DNA from: Octopus sinensis
Taxonomy: Eukaryota
Reading direction: 5' to 3'
Length of the DNA stretch: 64,000 bases
NCBI RefSeq assembly: GCF_006345805.1
Contig: NC_043012.1
Coordinates: 21,080,001 to 21,144,000 of the forward strand
The position numbers and the translations under genes are program-made. Positions 53,393-64,000 of the stretch are shown piece after piece (positions within the stretch are counted from its first letter, which is position 1; each line of letters starts with the position of its first letter). The notes under the pieces were generated by a model. The model did no database searches, had not been told where the DNA came from, and was given only the letters and a program-made list of their open reading frames with translations.

Positions 53393-53817
53393 CGCAGGAG
53401 TGGCTGTGTGGTAAGTAGCTTGCTGACCAGCAACATGGTCCCGGGTTCAGTCCCACTGCGTGGCACCTTGGGCAATCGTCTTCTGCTGTAGCCCCGGGCT
53501 GACCAATGCCTTGTGAGTGGATTTGGTAGACGGAAACTGAAAGAAGCCTGTCGTATATATGTATATATGTATATATGTGTATGTATGTGTGTGTGTTTGT
53601 GTGTCTGTGTTTGTCCCCCTAACATTGCTTGACAACCGATGCTGGTGTGTTTACGTCCCCGTCACTTAGCGGTTCGGCAAAAGAGACCGATAGAATAAGT
53701 ACTGGGCTTACAAAGAATAAGTCCCAGGGTCGATTTGCTCGACTAAAGGCGGTGCTCCAGCATGGCTGCAGTCAAATGACTGAAACAAATAAAATAGTAA
53801 AGAGTAAAAAGAGTAAA
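53393..53817 (+). mobile_element. SINE family B, full length
   Basis: GCAGGAGTGGCTGTGTGG...GGTTCAGTCCCACTGCG...GGCGGTGCTCCAGCATGG...AAGAGTAAAAAGAGT. Confidence 0.9.
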
Positions 53818-53861
53818 CTATTCCCAGTTCATTTTCAACTTCTATTTTTCCTATATATATA

Positions 53862-54239
53862 CAGTAGACCCTCGCAGTACGAGTACCTGAGTGTACGAGT
53901 AATTTATTGTACTGGTCGAGAATCGTGCGAATTTTTGTCTTGAAGTACGAGCGGAAATCCGCAGTACGAGCACGCAAATCGTTCCATCTTTAAGGTAATT
54001 CAGCTAATAAAAACAGTTTACATATTTCTTTGCATTCTCTTTTGTATAATTGTGATTCTACGTGTAATTACACCTTTCCTGTTTTAAAACCTATACAAAA
54101 TTTATTTTCAAGGGTTTATTTGGTGACTAGAACGGATATAATTATATTTTGGCTAATTTCAATGGGAAAATTTGATTTGTGAAACGAGTAAATCGTAAGA
54201 CGAGCTCGTTCATGGAACGAAATGACCTCGTACTGGAGG

Positions 54240-54247
<8 letters not shown>
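53862..54247. mobile_element. Tigger/pogo-like MITE
   Basis: TA-CAGTAGACCCTCGCAGTACGAG ... CTCGTACTGGAGGTATCACTA-TA imperfect TIRs with TA flanks. No ORF. Confidence 0.7.
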
Positions 54248-54287
<40 letters not shown>

Positions 54288-54293
54288 AATACA

Positions 54294-54334
<41 letters not shown>

Positions 54335-54366
54335 CATATATATATATATACATAAATACATATATA

Positions 54367-57300
54367 TTTCAACAATTGAGGGCAAAATAATTAATTATTA
54401 ATCAATTTCACCAAGTGTTCAGTATGCAAAGGGACCATTCAAGGCGAATTCAAATTATTACATTATATAAAAGGGCTTAGTAAAATAAATTACTTTGCCG
54501 CATACTGAACTCATTAGAAATAGCAGCTAAAAAACTTTTTTAAAGCTATTTCTAATACTTAAAGAAAATCTCTCTCATATATAGTGTTTGCTTAATTCAA
54601 CTCACAAAAGTTTGGGGGTAAGGACATCGAAAAATCAAATGCTAAGGTTATTCGAGAACGTACGTTTCAAGATTAGTCAAAACAACATTTCTATCATCGG
54701 CTCAGAAATTCCTTGGTTTGGATTTGGAAACACTGAAAATAAGAACATACCCTCTCGAAGATCTGCTTCCAACTAACAGTGCCAACAAATTCAAATAAGC
54801 AAGCGATGAATCTCTGTTCTCCCCTTTCCACCAGCGTGGGTTAAAATCATCAAACACTATGCTTATTTCGGTAAAATCCGAAGCATTAATCAGAGGGAGA
54901 TTAATTATAATTTCAACAATTGAGGGCAAAATTAATTAATTATTAATCAATTTCACCAAGTGTTCAGTATGCAAAGGGACCATTCAAGGCGAATTCAAAT
55001 TATTACATTATATAAAAGGGCTTAGTAAAATAAATTACTTTGCCGCATACTGAACTCATTAGAAATAGCAGCTAAAAAACTTTTTTAAGCTATTTCTAAT
55101 ACTTAAAGAAAATCTCTCTCATATATAGTGTTTGCTTAATTCAACTCACAAAAGTTTGGGGGTAAGGACATCGAAAAATCAAATGCTAAGGTTATTCGAG
55201 AACGTACGTTTCAAGATTAGTCAAAACAACATTTCTATCATCGGCTCAGAAATTCCTTGGTTTGGATTTGGAAACACTGAAAATAAGAACATACCCTCTC
55301 GAAGATCTGCTTCCAACTAACAGTGCCAACAAATTCAAATAAGCAAGCGAAGAATCTCTGTTCTCTCCCCTTTCCACCAGCGTGGGTTAAAATCATCAAA
55401 CACTATGCTTATTTCGGTAAAATCCGAAGCATTAATCAGAGGAGATTAATTATAATTTCAACAATTGAGGGCAAAATTAATTAATTATTAATCAATTTCA
55501 CCAAGTGTTCAGTATGCAAAGGGACCATTCAAGGCGAATTCAAATTATTACATTATATAAAAGGGCTTAGTAAAATAAATTACTTTGCCGCATACTGAAC
55601 TCATTAGAAATAGCAGCTAAAAAACTTTTTTAAAGCTATTTCTAATACTTAAAGAAAATCTCTCTCATATATAGTGTTTGCTTAATTCAACTCACAAAAG
55701 TTTGGGGGTAAGGACATCGAAAAATCAAATGCTAAGGTTATTCGAGAACGTACGTTTCAAGATTAGTCAAAACAACATTTCTATCATCGGCTCAGAATTC
55801 CTTGGTTTGGATTTGGAAACACTGAAAATAAGAACATACCCTCTCGAAGATCTGCTTCCAACTAACAGTGTCAACAAATTCAAATAAGCAGCGAAGAATC
55901 TCTGTTCTCCCCTTTCCACCAGCGTGGGTTAAAATCATCAAACACTATGCTTATTTCGGTAAAATCCGAAGCATTAATCAGAGGGAGATTAATTATAATT
56001 TCAACAATTGAGGGCAAAATTAATTAATTATTAATCAATTTCACCAAGTGTTCAGTATGCAAAGGGACCATTCAAGGCGAATTCAAATTATTACATTATA
56101 TAAAAGGGCTTAGTAAAATAAATTACTTTGCCGCATACTGAACTCATTAGAAATAGCAGCTAAAAAACTTTTTTAAAGCTATTTCTAATACTTAAAGAAA
56201 ATCTCTCTCATATATAGTGTTTGCTTAATTCAACTCACAAAAGTTTGGGGTAAGGACATCGAAAAATCAAATGCTAAGGTTATTCGAGAACGTACGTTTC
56301 AAGATTAGTCAAAACAACATTTCTATCATCGGCTCAGAAATTCCTTGGTTTGGATTTGGAAACACTGAAAATAAGAACATACCCTCTCGAAGATCTGCTT
56401 CCAACTAACAGTGCCAACAAATTCAAATAAGCAAGCGAAGAATCTCTGTTCTCCCCTTTCCACCAGCGTGGGTTAAAATCATCAAACACTATGCTTATTT
56501 CGGTAAAATCCGAAGCATTAATCAGAGGGAGATTAATTATAATTTCAACAATTGAGGGCAAAATTAATTAATTATTAATCAATTTCACCAAGTGTTCAGT
56601 ATGCAAAGGGACCATTCAAGGCGAATTCAAATTATTACATATATAAAAGGGCTTAGTAAAATAAATTACTTTGCCGCATACTGAACTCATTAGAAATAGC
56701 AGCTAAAAAACTTTTTTAAAGCTATTTCTAATACTTAAAGAAAATCTCTCTCATATATAGTGTTTGCTTAATTCAACTCACAAAAGTTTGGGGGTAAGGA
56801 CATCGAAAAATCAAATGCTAAGGTTATTCGAGAACGTACGTTTCAAGATTAGTCAAAACAACATTTCTATCATCGGCTCAGAAATTCCTTGGTTTGGATT
56901 TGGAAACACTGAAAATAAGAACATACCCTCTCGAAGATCTGCTTCCAACTAACAGTGCCAACAAATTCAATAAGCAAGCGAAGAATCTCTGTTCTCCCCT
57001 TTCCACCAGCGTGGGTTAAAATCATCAAACACTATGCTTATTTCGGTAAAATCCGAAGCATTAATCAGAGGGAGATTAATTATAATTTCAACAATTGAGG
57101 GCAAAATTAATTAATTATTAATCAATTTCACCAAGTGTTCAGTATGCAAAGGGACCATTCAAGGCGAATTCAAATTATTACATTATATAAAAGGGCTTAG
57201 TAAAATAAATTACTTGGTGAAATTGATTAATAATTAATTAATTTTGCCCTCAATTGTTGAAATTATAATTAATCTCCCTCTGATTAATGCTTCGGATTTT

Positions 57301-57715
57301 ACCGAAATAAGCATAGTGTTTGATGATTTTAACCCACGCTGGTGGAAAGGGGAGAACAGAGATTCTTCGCTTGCTTATTTGAATTTGTTGGCACTGTTAG
57401 TTGGAAGCAGATCTTCGAGAGGGTATGTTCTTATTTTCAGTGTTTCCAAATCCAAACCAAGGAATTTCTGAGCCGATGATAGAAATGTTGTTTTGACTAA
57501 TCTTGAAACGTACGTTCTCGAATAACCTTAGCATTTGATTTTTCGATGTCCTTACCCCCAAACTTTTGTGAGTTGAATTAAGCAAACACTATATATGAGA
57601 GAGATTTTCTTTAAGTATTAGAAATAGCTTTAAAAAAGTTTTTTAGCTGCTATTTCTAATGAGTTCAGTATGCGGCAAAGTAATTTATTTTACTAAGCCC
57701 TTTTATATAATGTAA
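54367..57715 (-). mobile_element. Retrozyme-like tandem array: five 544-bp units, a partial unit and a 504-bp inverted copy
   Basis: TTTCAACAATTGAGGGC at 54367, 54911, 55456, 55999, 56543 and 57086. The strand switches at 57212-57215. One HHR motif per full unit. Confidence 0.88.
54653..54704 (-). ncRNA. Minimal type-I hammerhead motif of the 544-bp unit (also 55197-55248, 55743-55794, 56285-56336, 56829-56880 on minus; 57469-57520 on plus)
   Basis: TGAG-CCGATGA-TAGAAATGTTGTTTTGACTAATCTT-GAAA-CGTACG-TT-CTCG. U4C core, palindromic ACGTACGT, GUU site. Identical in all six copies. Confidence 0.7.
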
Positions 57716-57743
57716 ATACATATATATATATATATATACATAA

Positions 57744-57810
<67 letters not shown>

Positions 57811-58505
57811 TGCATAATACCTACACACGTACATATATATGGACATTTGTTTATAGATATATGCGTGAATACCTAAATATCCATATATATAGATATATGT
57901 ACAAATATTTAGTTATGCATATGTATATACATCTGTGTAATGTGCGTTCAACTGTTTGGATGTGTGTGCGTGAGAGAGAGGGAAAGAGAGAGTGAGAGAT
58001 CTTGACTTTTAGCGTACCTAAAAAAATGGCTTCTTTCTTGTCAACAACTTTATAATAACGATGGCAAAACTTGTTTACTCATATAATTACTCTCTCCACT
58101 TAGATCTCGACATCTTGAACAAGTACAACTCACAGCTACTGTGAATAACAGTAAGTAAACAGTGGCAAGAAATTTATTAGGTTTTTAGAGCTTATTTCGA
58201 AATTTAACAATAATATACTTACATTTCCAAGTTTCTCACTGGGAGTCTTCTTTAAGTAATTAATCGCCTGAAGACTGTTCCCAGTGGAACACAATCGGGT
58301 TCGAGAAGTGACATTCGTTACCATATATTAGTGTGTATTTATGTTTAATATATGTGTGAGTGTGTGTATATATATATAAATACATATATGTATCCATATC
58401 GATATATATATGTTATATATGTGTACATATGTATATATATATATATATATATTATATATACATATATATACATATATATATCCATATGGATATATATGTA
58501 TATAC

Positions 58506-58537
<32 letters not shown>

Positions 58538-58576
58538 GTACATATATATATATATATGTATGTATGTATGCACACG

Positions 58577-58639
<63 letters not shown>

Positions 58640-58694
58640 TATAATGTACGGATATATATGTATATATATACATGTAAGTATATTTATATATATG

Positions 58695-58736
<42 letters not shown>

Positions 58737-61329
58737 TGCGTGTGTGTACACACACATTCATATATCCACGTATAGCGTATTGATGAGGAAATAGATGCAA
58801 ATGGAAAACGAAAACATCACGAACTTGTTTCGATTTAACATCATACACGTTTACTTATTTGTTTAGACTCTGGAGCATGCTCAGTGGCTGTAAATAGGTC
58901 ATGGGATGAATATCATATTCCTTACGATGTGATCTTTCTTACCCACAACTATGACAAATAGAAGATGCGCCGAAATTGGCGCAAATACTCATCATTTTAT
59001 TGGAATATCATATAGAGAAGCGTTATGATAGCCTCTCTTGTGACATTAACTGTTCACAGGAAGCGAAATCATTTCAAACGGCATCATCAACCTCGAGTCT
59101 TCATTGATGTAGCGATAACTGCTTGCCACACGACTTAATAATGGAGCCTTTATTTGAACGGTCTGTCTGTTAAAAATAGAAACTAAATCTCCCCTAAATC
59201 TCGCCCAACTGTGCTAAAGTATACTGCCATTTTCTAAAAAGTACTAGTATAAGAATGTCTCAGTAGGAATATCTTTGATCATATCTCTCCTCACTTAAGT
59301 GTAGCTTTCTCATATATATATATATATATATATATAAACATATTCAGTATTAAGGGCATAAAATCTTGTGTTAGTCCAGAATATCCCAGGAGTGGCGATT
59401 TACTAGAATAGTTAGCGTGTCAAACAAAGTGTTACAAGCATTTCTTTCGGTTTTTTTACCTTCTGAATTCAAATTCTGTCGAGGACGACTTTGCCCTTCA
59501 TCTATTCAAGTGATCAGTTGAGCCATGGGATCGATGTAATCGACCATCCCCCACCAACCCTCTACAAATTTCAGGCCATAGGTCTACATTTTAAAGAATT
59601 ATTAGTACATTTGAAAGATCGCAATTTCAAATTAGGGAGACTCTATCTCTGTTTCATCGTTATTGATTATCACCAGGTAGAGAATACTAAATTAGATTTA
59701 TATGATCAAAATATGGTCATTCTCTCTTGTAATACTAAGGTTAGTCAACTAATTTGCAATAATAGGAAACAAATCAGGCTTTCCGCTTCATACTGATTAC
59801 ATAATGCAGTGGTTCTCAATTATTATTACTTTTGAACATACAGGAGAGCAAGTGAAAAAACTACTGGCGCACATTTTATAACCACATGGTTTCGGGTCCA
59901 ATCCCAGTGTAGCTCTTTGGGAAAGTGACTTCTACACTAGTTCCGGGCCGGTCAATGCCTTATTTTTCTTAATTTGGTAGACGGAAACTGTGAAGCTACT
60001 CACACACACACACACACACACACGCACACACACATATATCTACTACATATGTGGAAAATCGGTGTGTGTTTGTGGTGTTGTTAGCTAACTCCTCCGACAT
60101 CATTTTATTGATTTTTATGAAACTTGGCACGTGAGTAGAGCCTATGTTTGGAAACCTTATGACATACTTAAATTGTTGAAAAATTGACAATACTGCCCCT
60201 GGAAGGGACTTTTATATCTACCTCATATAACTAATGTTTTTAAGCACCCAAGGGAAATAATCCATTTCATTGTTTATGTTCGATTACTTTGAATATTGAT
60301 CTTTTGTGTGTCCTATTTCTTATTTTTGCAGACAATATCACTTTTATACTATTCATACTATTTTATACTATTCATCCTATTTTCATTACTGAAAATAGGA
60401 TGAATAGTATCGTGCCCAAATCCAGCAGTAATTTTTACACCCATCATAAAAATAAGAACGCTGTATTAGTATCGGAAACTAATCCCAATAGATTAAGGTT
60501 CTTATCAAATAAGAAACACCACTTACCAGTGCAAAATTTCTACTGGAACCGATGTCTACCTCTATATTGGCGCAACCTCTTCTAAATTAGCCACAAGGGT
60601 CTCCAACCATTTTTCCACGTTCAGAGATAAGAGTAAACAGCACACCACGGAGCTAAGCAAATTAGTCTGGCGTTTGAAGAACGCAAATTCAACTTTTACG
60701 CTGGAATGGTCAATATTGTCGGTGTCCTTACCGTTTGATAAGGGCAGAAAAATCTGTGCCCTCTGCAATTCCGAACTTTTTCATATTCTGTTTGCCCGAG
60801 GCCAAGTAATAAACTCGATTGTCGAGAGATCTTTCAGATGCTTACACTGGAAAAAGCATACCTTTCACTCATACTAATGAAGTCTAATATAGATAACCCC
60901 TGGATTTCCTACAAAATTAATTTGTGATATCTCATCCCTTTAGTTTATAAGATTTTCTCATAATTTCTAAGAGCTGCTACCAATTCCAGTAGTCCCCTCG
61001 TCTCTTGTCACTACTATTGTGGGCTCTCTCTGCCCACTCCCTCTTAAGTTGACACATTCGAACACACAGACACAGTCCTTTCACCTCCTGACTGTTAATT
61101 TTCTGTCAGCCTTCTACACACACAATCACGCATTCACAGACACACACACACACACACATTAAGGCAATTATACACACTCACACATACGAGCACTCATTCA
61201 TAAAATAAATCAAATATAAACACCAGTCAAACAAAATGCATTCCCTCACCTTAATATTCTTTTACCTTCCTCCTCCAACCTCGATTGAACCCTTGAACTC
61301 TAGTAACTGCCAGTTTCTCCTACATTCAA

Positions 61330-61355
61330 CCAATCTGACGTCACCCCCTATAAAA
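61330..61355 (+). promoter_or_regulatory. Pol II promoter-like cluster in the PLE pLTR
   Basis: CCAAT (61330-61334), palindromic CRE TGACGTCA (61336-61343) and TATAAAA (61349-61355), about 90 nt upstream of the HHR. Confidence 0.5.
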
Positions 61356-61444
61356 AGACACTATTTATCATTATCGCTATGGGCTCCTCGAGAGCAGTCA
61401 TCTAAAAACTTGTTGTGCATTTTGTTGGCGAAAGAAGTTCCTGG

Positions 61445-61530
61445 ATTTTCCTGAAGAGAAAGCTGCATAATGGACTCCTTATTCATTCGGAATTAGGAAT
61501 TTTGCAGACTTCGAAACATATGTCGAAAAT
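61445..61530 (+). ncRNA. Type-I hammerhead ribozyme motif, fully canonical core
   Basis: ATTTTC-CTGAAGA-GAAAGCTGCA...TGCAGACTTC-GAAA-CATATG-TC-GAAAAT. Perfect 6-bp stem I, long stem II, ACATATGT palindrome, GUC site. Confidence 0.85.
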
Positions 61531-61735
61531 AAAATAAAGGAATTTGTTAAATCTTCGCTCAGCTCCATTCTTTCCTATACTTATAATATTAAATTAAACT
61601 TCAAATTTCCGCACTAAGGCACGGAGTATATTCCCTATGGTTGTAACTTCAACCGTGTTCTTTCTGTTGTGAGTTTGCTACCCAGGTATCGTTTATCTTT
61701 CGAATTATCCGTAATAAGATAATTCCTTTATCTAC

Positions 61736-61806
<71 letters not shown>

Positions 61807-61818
61807 TGTGTGTGTGTG

Positions 61819-61868
<50 letters not shown>

Positions 61869-61876
61869 CATATATG

Positions 61877-61926
<50 letters not shown>

Positions 61927-61929
61927 CAT

Positions 61930-61988
<59 letters not shown>

Positions 61989-64000
61989 ATATAAATATAT
62001 ATATATATATCTGTGTGTGTTTTTGTGAGTATATTTGTGCCATAGTCCCAAAGCTTGGTTTGTTTACATCCACCGTAACATAGCGGTTCTATAAAAAACA
62101 CCGGTAGTACGAATACCAGAAGTACTGAGGGGTTATCGTTTTGATTAAAAGCTTTAATGGCAGTGTCCCAGCATGGCTGCTGTCCAATAACTGAAATGGT
62201 TAAGAAATAAATATATTTCGTTGGAACTTTTTAAAATTATTTTAAATGTAAACATTCAGAAAAAATTCTTTAAAAATATATTACACTGTTTTACTTATCG
62301 GGTTTCATGTATACTAAAAATTACTTTTCAAGACATTTGTGCATTAGTATAATTGTTCTAAAACATCGAATTATAGTTTTTAAAATCTTGCATGCAGACA
62401 TTCCTACACACTCTTGCGGTACAGCGTTTGACAGGAATTGATAAACGGTTTCTAATTTCATCAAAGAAGAAATAGTGCGTTTTGGGAACTCACAGAAATG
62501 GTATTTGTGACGTCCATGTTTCAACAATACATTAATGATGTCGAAGATGAGGAAAATGTCTACAACAGAGACTGGGTTATAGTTTTAATTTTGGAGGTCA
62601 TTACTGTTGGAAAAAGAGACTCACCAGGCTTAATAAATATATAAAGAAGAACACTCAGAGAACGCAAACATCCTCCAAGGCAACACCAACATCCTCTCGA
62701 CGAATAACCAGAAAGGATTTTTAAAATGAGAATATCTGAAATATACTCGACTGCTCTCACAATCGAGAATACTAAAAATGAATCCGATCCCTCTCAAAAA
62801 TTAAGAAAAATAAACAGGAAAAAATAATCCAGAATCCTTGTCCGGTACCGGATCAATCCCAAAAGCTAATCAGTTCGTGCCAATTACGAGGCCAAACATC
62901 CCTGAAAGTTTCATCTGAATCCAGCCAGTGGTTCTTGAGATATCTTGTCCACGGACAAACAAACAAAAACAACTGAAAACAATACAGGTACTAAAATAAT
63001 CCTTTCTACTAAAGGCTCAAGGCCTGAAATTCTGGGGCAAGGAGGCCAGTCGATTACATCAACCCCAGTGCATAACTGGTACTTATTTCATCGACCCCGA
63101 AAGGACGAAAGTTAAAGCTCGACCCGTGGAATTTTAACTTAGAACATAACGAAAGAGGAAATGTCGTAAAGCAGAGCGAAACAATGCCAACTGTTCCGTT
63201 TCCATCGACAGAATAAATATACCTGGCAGTTTCCATCGCTGAAGAGCCTGCAGTGACTTATATGGGTGTGATCTAAACTCATTGTAAAAGGGTAAAATCG
63301 ATACAAATTTAACCAATATTCTTTTCTATTCTAGGCACAAGAACCGAAATTTTGGGGGAGGGGGTCAGTCGATTAGATTGACCCCAGTACGCAACTGGTA
63401 TTTAATTTATCGATCCCGAAAGGATGAAAAGCAATGTCGACCTCAGCAAAAATACACTTAACCAATATATTGTCCAAAGTAATCTACAAAGGAAGAAAAA
63501 CAACATTCGAATGTCAAAATCCATTCTTTCATTTTGCCTTAAATATATTTGAAAGATATGTATATTGGCCAACAAGACACTTGGCCAACGTGCTACACTG
63601 TGGTGCTGAATCGGAATCCTAGTGGTTGCAGAGCGAGCCCCTAAACCACTCAGCAATGCCTGCACTTATATAGGGTTTACTTTGGAGGTGTCTATGGATT
63701 GGTAGTTCTTAGCTAGAACTAAATCCAGTACTTATATGCTTATACAATATCCGCTTACAGCTGTAGTGTATCCTCTGATTTGATATTTTGAACCATTATA
63801 AACACAGGAAATGGCGTCGGAAGGGCAGAATCGTTAAAGTGTCGAACAAAATATTTCAAGATATCTCTTGTTCTTTTCATTTAAAGTTCAAATCACAGCC
63901 GAGCTAGATTTTGCCTCTCATCCATTCGAGTTCGATTAAATATACATATCTTTCAAATATAAGGATCGATAAACTAAACCAGTGCTAATGTAAAGAAATC

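Larger units (their letters stand above)
60365..61740 (+). mobile_element. 5'-truncated Penelope-like element: GIY-YIG domain, promoter-like block and hammerhead
   Basis: Open frame 60497-60877: GSYQIRNTTYQCKISTGTDVYLYIGATSSKLATRVSNHFSTFR...ELSKLVWRLK...CALCNSE...CLH. In-frame upstream remnant SCPN (60410) with stops. Ends in (TA)n. Confidence 0.88.

Noticed and set aside
53393-53460. tRNA gene
   Set aside because: A- and B-box-like motifs are present, but there is no cloverleaf and the sequence continues into a SINE body seen in many copies.
54588-57585. Repeated 62-aa and 75-aa ORFs in the 544-bp unit
   Set aside because: Short, overlapping on opposite strands, starting at TTG, with no recognisable motif, and broken by indels in some copies. 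They recur only because the unit is repeated.
54367-57715. CRISPR array or simple satellite interpretation
   Set aside because: Whole units are identical with no unique spacers, there are no cas genes, and the context is eukaryotic. A plain satellite would not explain the HHR, the fixed 3' end or the inversion.
2586-62101. Dozens of ORFs rich in YI, VC, HT, LS or homopolymeric runs
   Set aside because: They are translations of (TA)n, (TG)n, (AGAT)n, (TACA)n and trinucleotide microsatellites, with no domain content.

Overview
AT-rich, microsatellite-dense animal DNA, most consistent with an octopod cephalopod (inferred from the tRNA-derived SINE families and repeat content; not verified). No host protein-coding exon, tRNA, rRNA or CRISPR array can be supported. 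Almost all ORFs in the track are microsatellite translations. Recognisable content: at least five R4/Dong-like RLE non-LTR retrotransposon pieces, most abutting (TAA)n (one with an intact 245-aa zinc-knuckle/RLE frame); three GIY-YIG endonuclease ends and one N-terminal piece of Penelope-like elements (PLEs); a Tc1/mariner 3' end; a Tigger-like MITE; a probable RTE tail; many SINEs. The main unannotated signal, found by hand folding, is about 12 distinct type-I hammerhead ribozyme (HHR) loci in short, mostly (TA)n-associated PLE-type units. They include a near-identical 544-bp tandem array (54367-57715) with one HHR per unit and an inverted end (retrozyme-like), recurrent non-canonical cores (compensatory U3-A8, U4C, A6U, GUU sites), and several head-to-head foldbacks centred on an HHR. 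PLE hammerheads and retrozymes are known classes; these families and core variants may be undescribed. All RNA structures were folded by eye and none is tested for activity.
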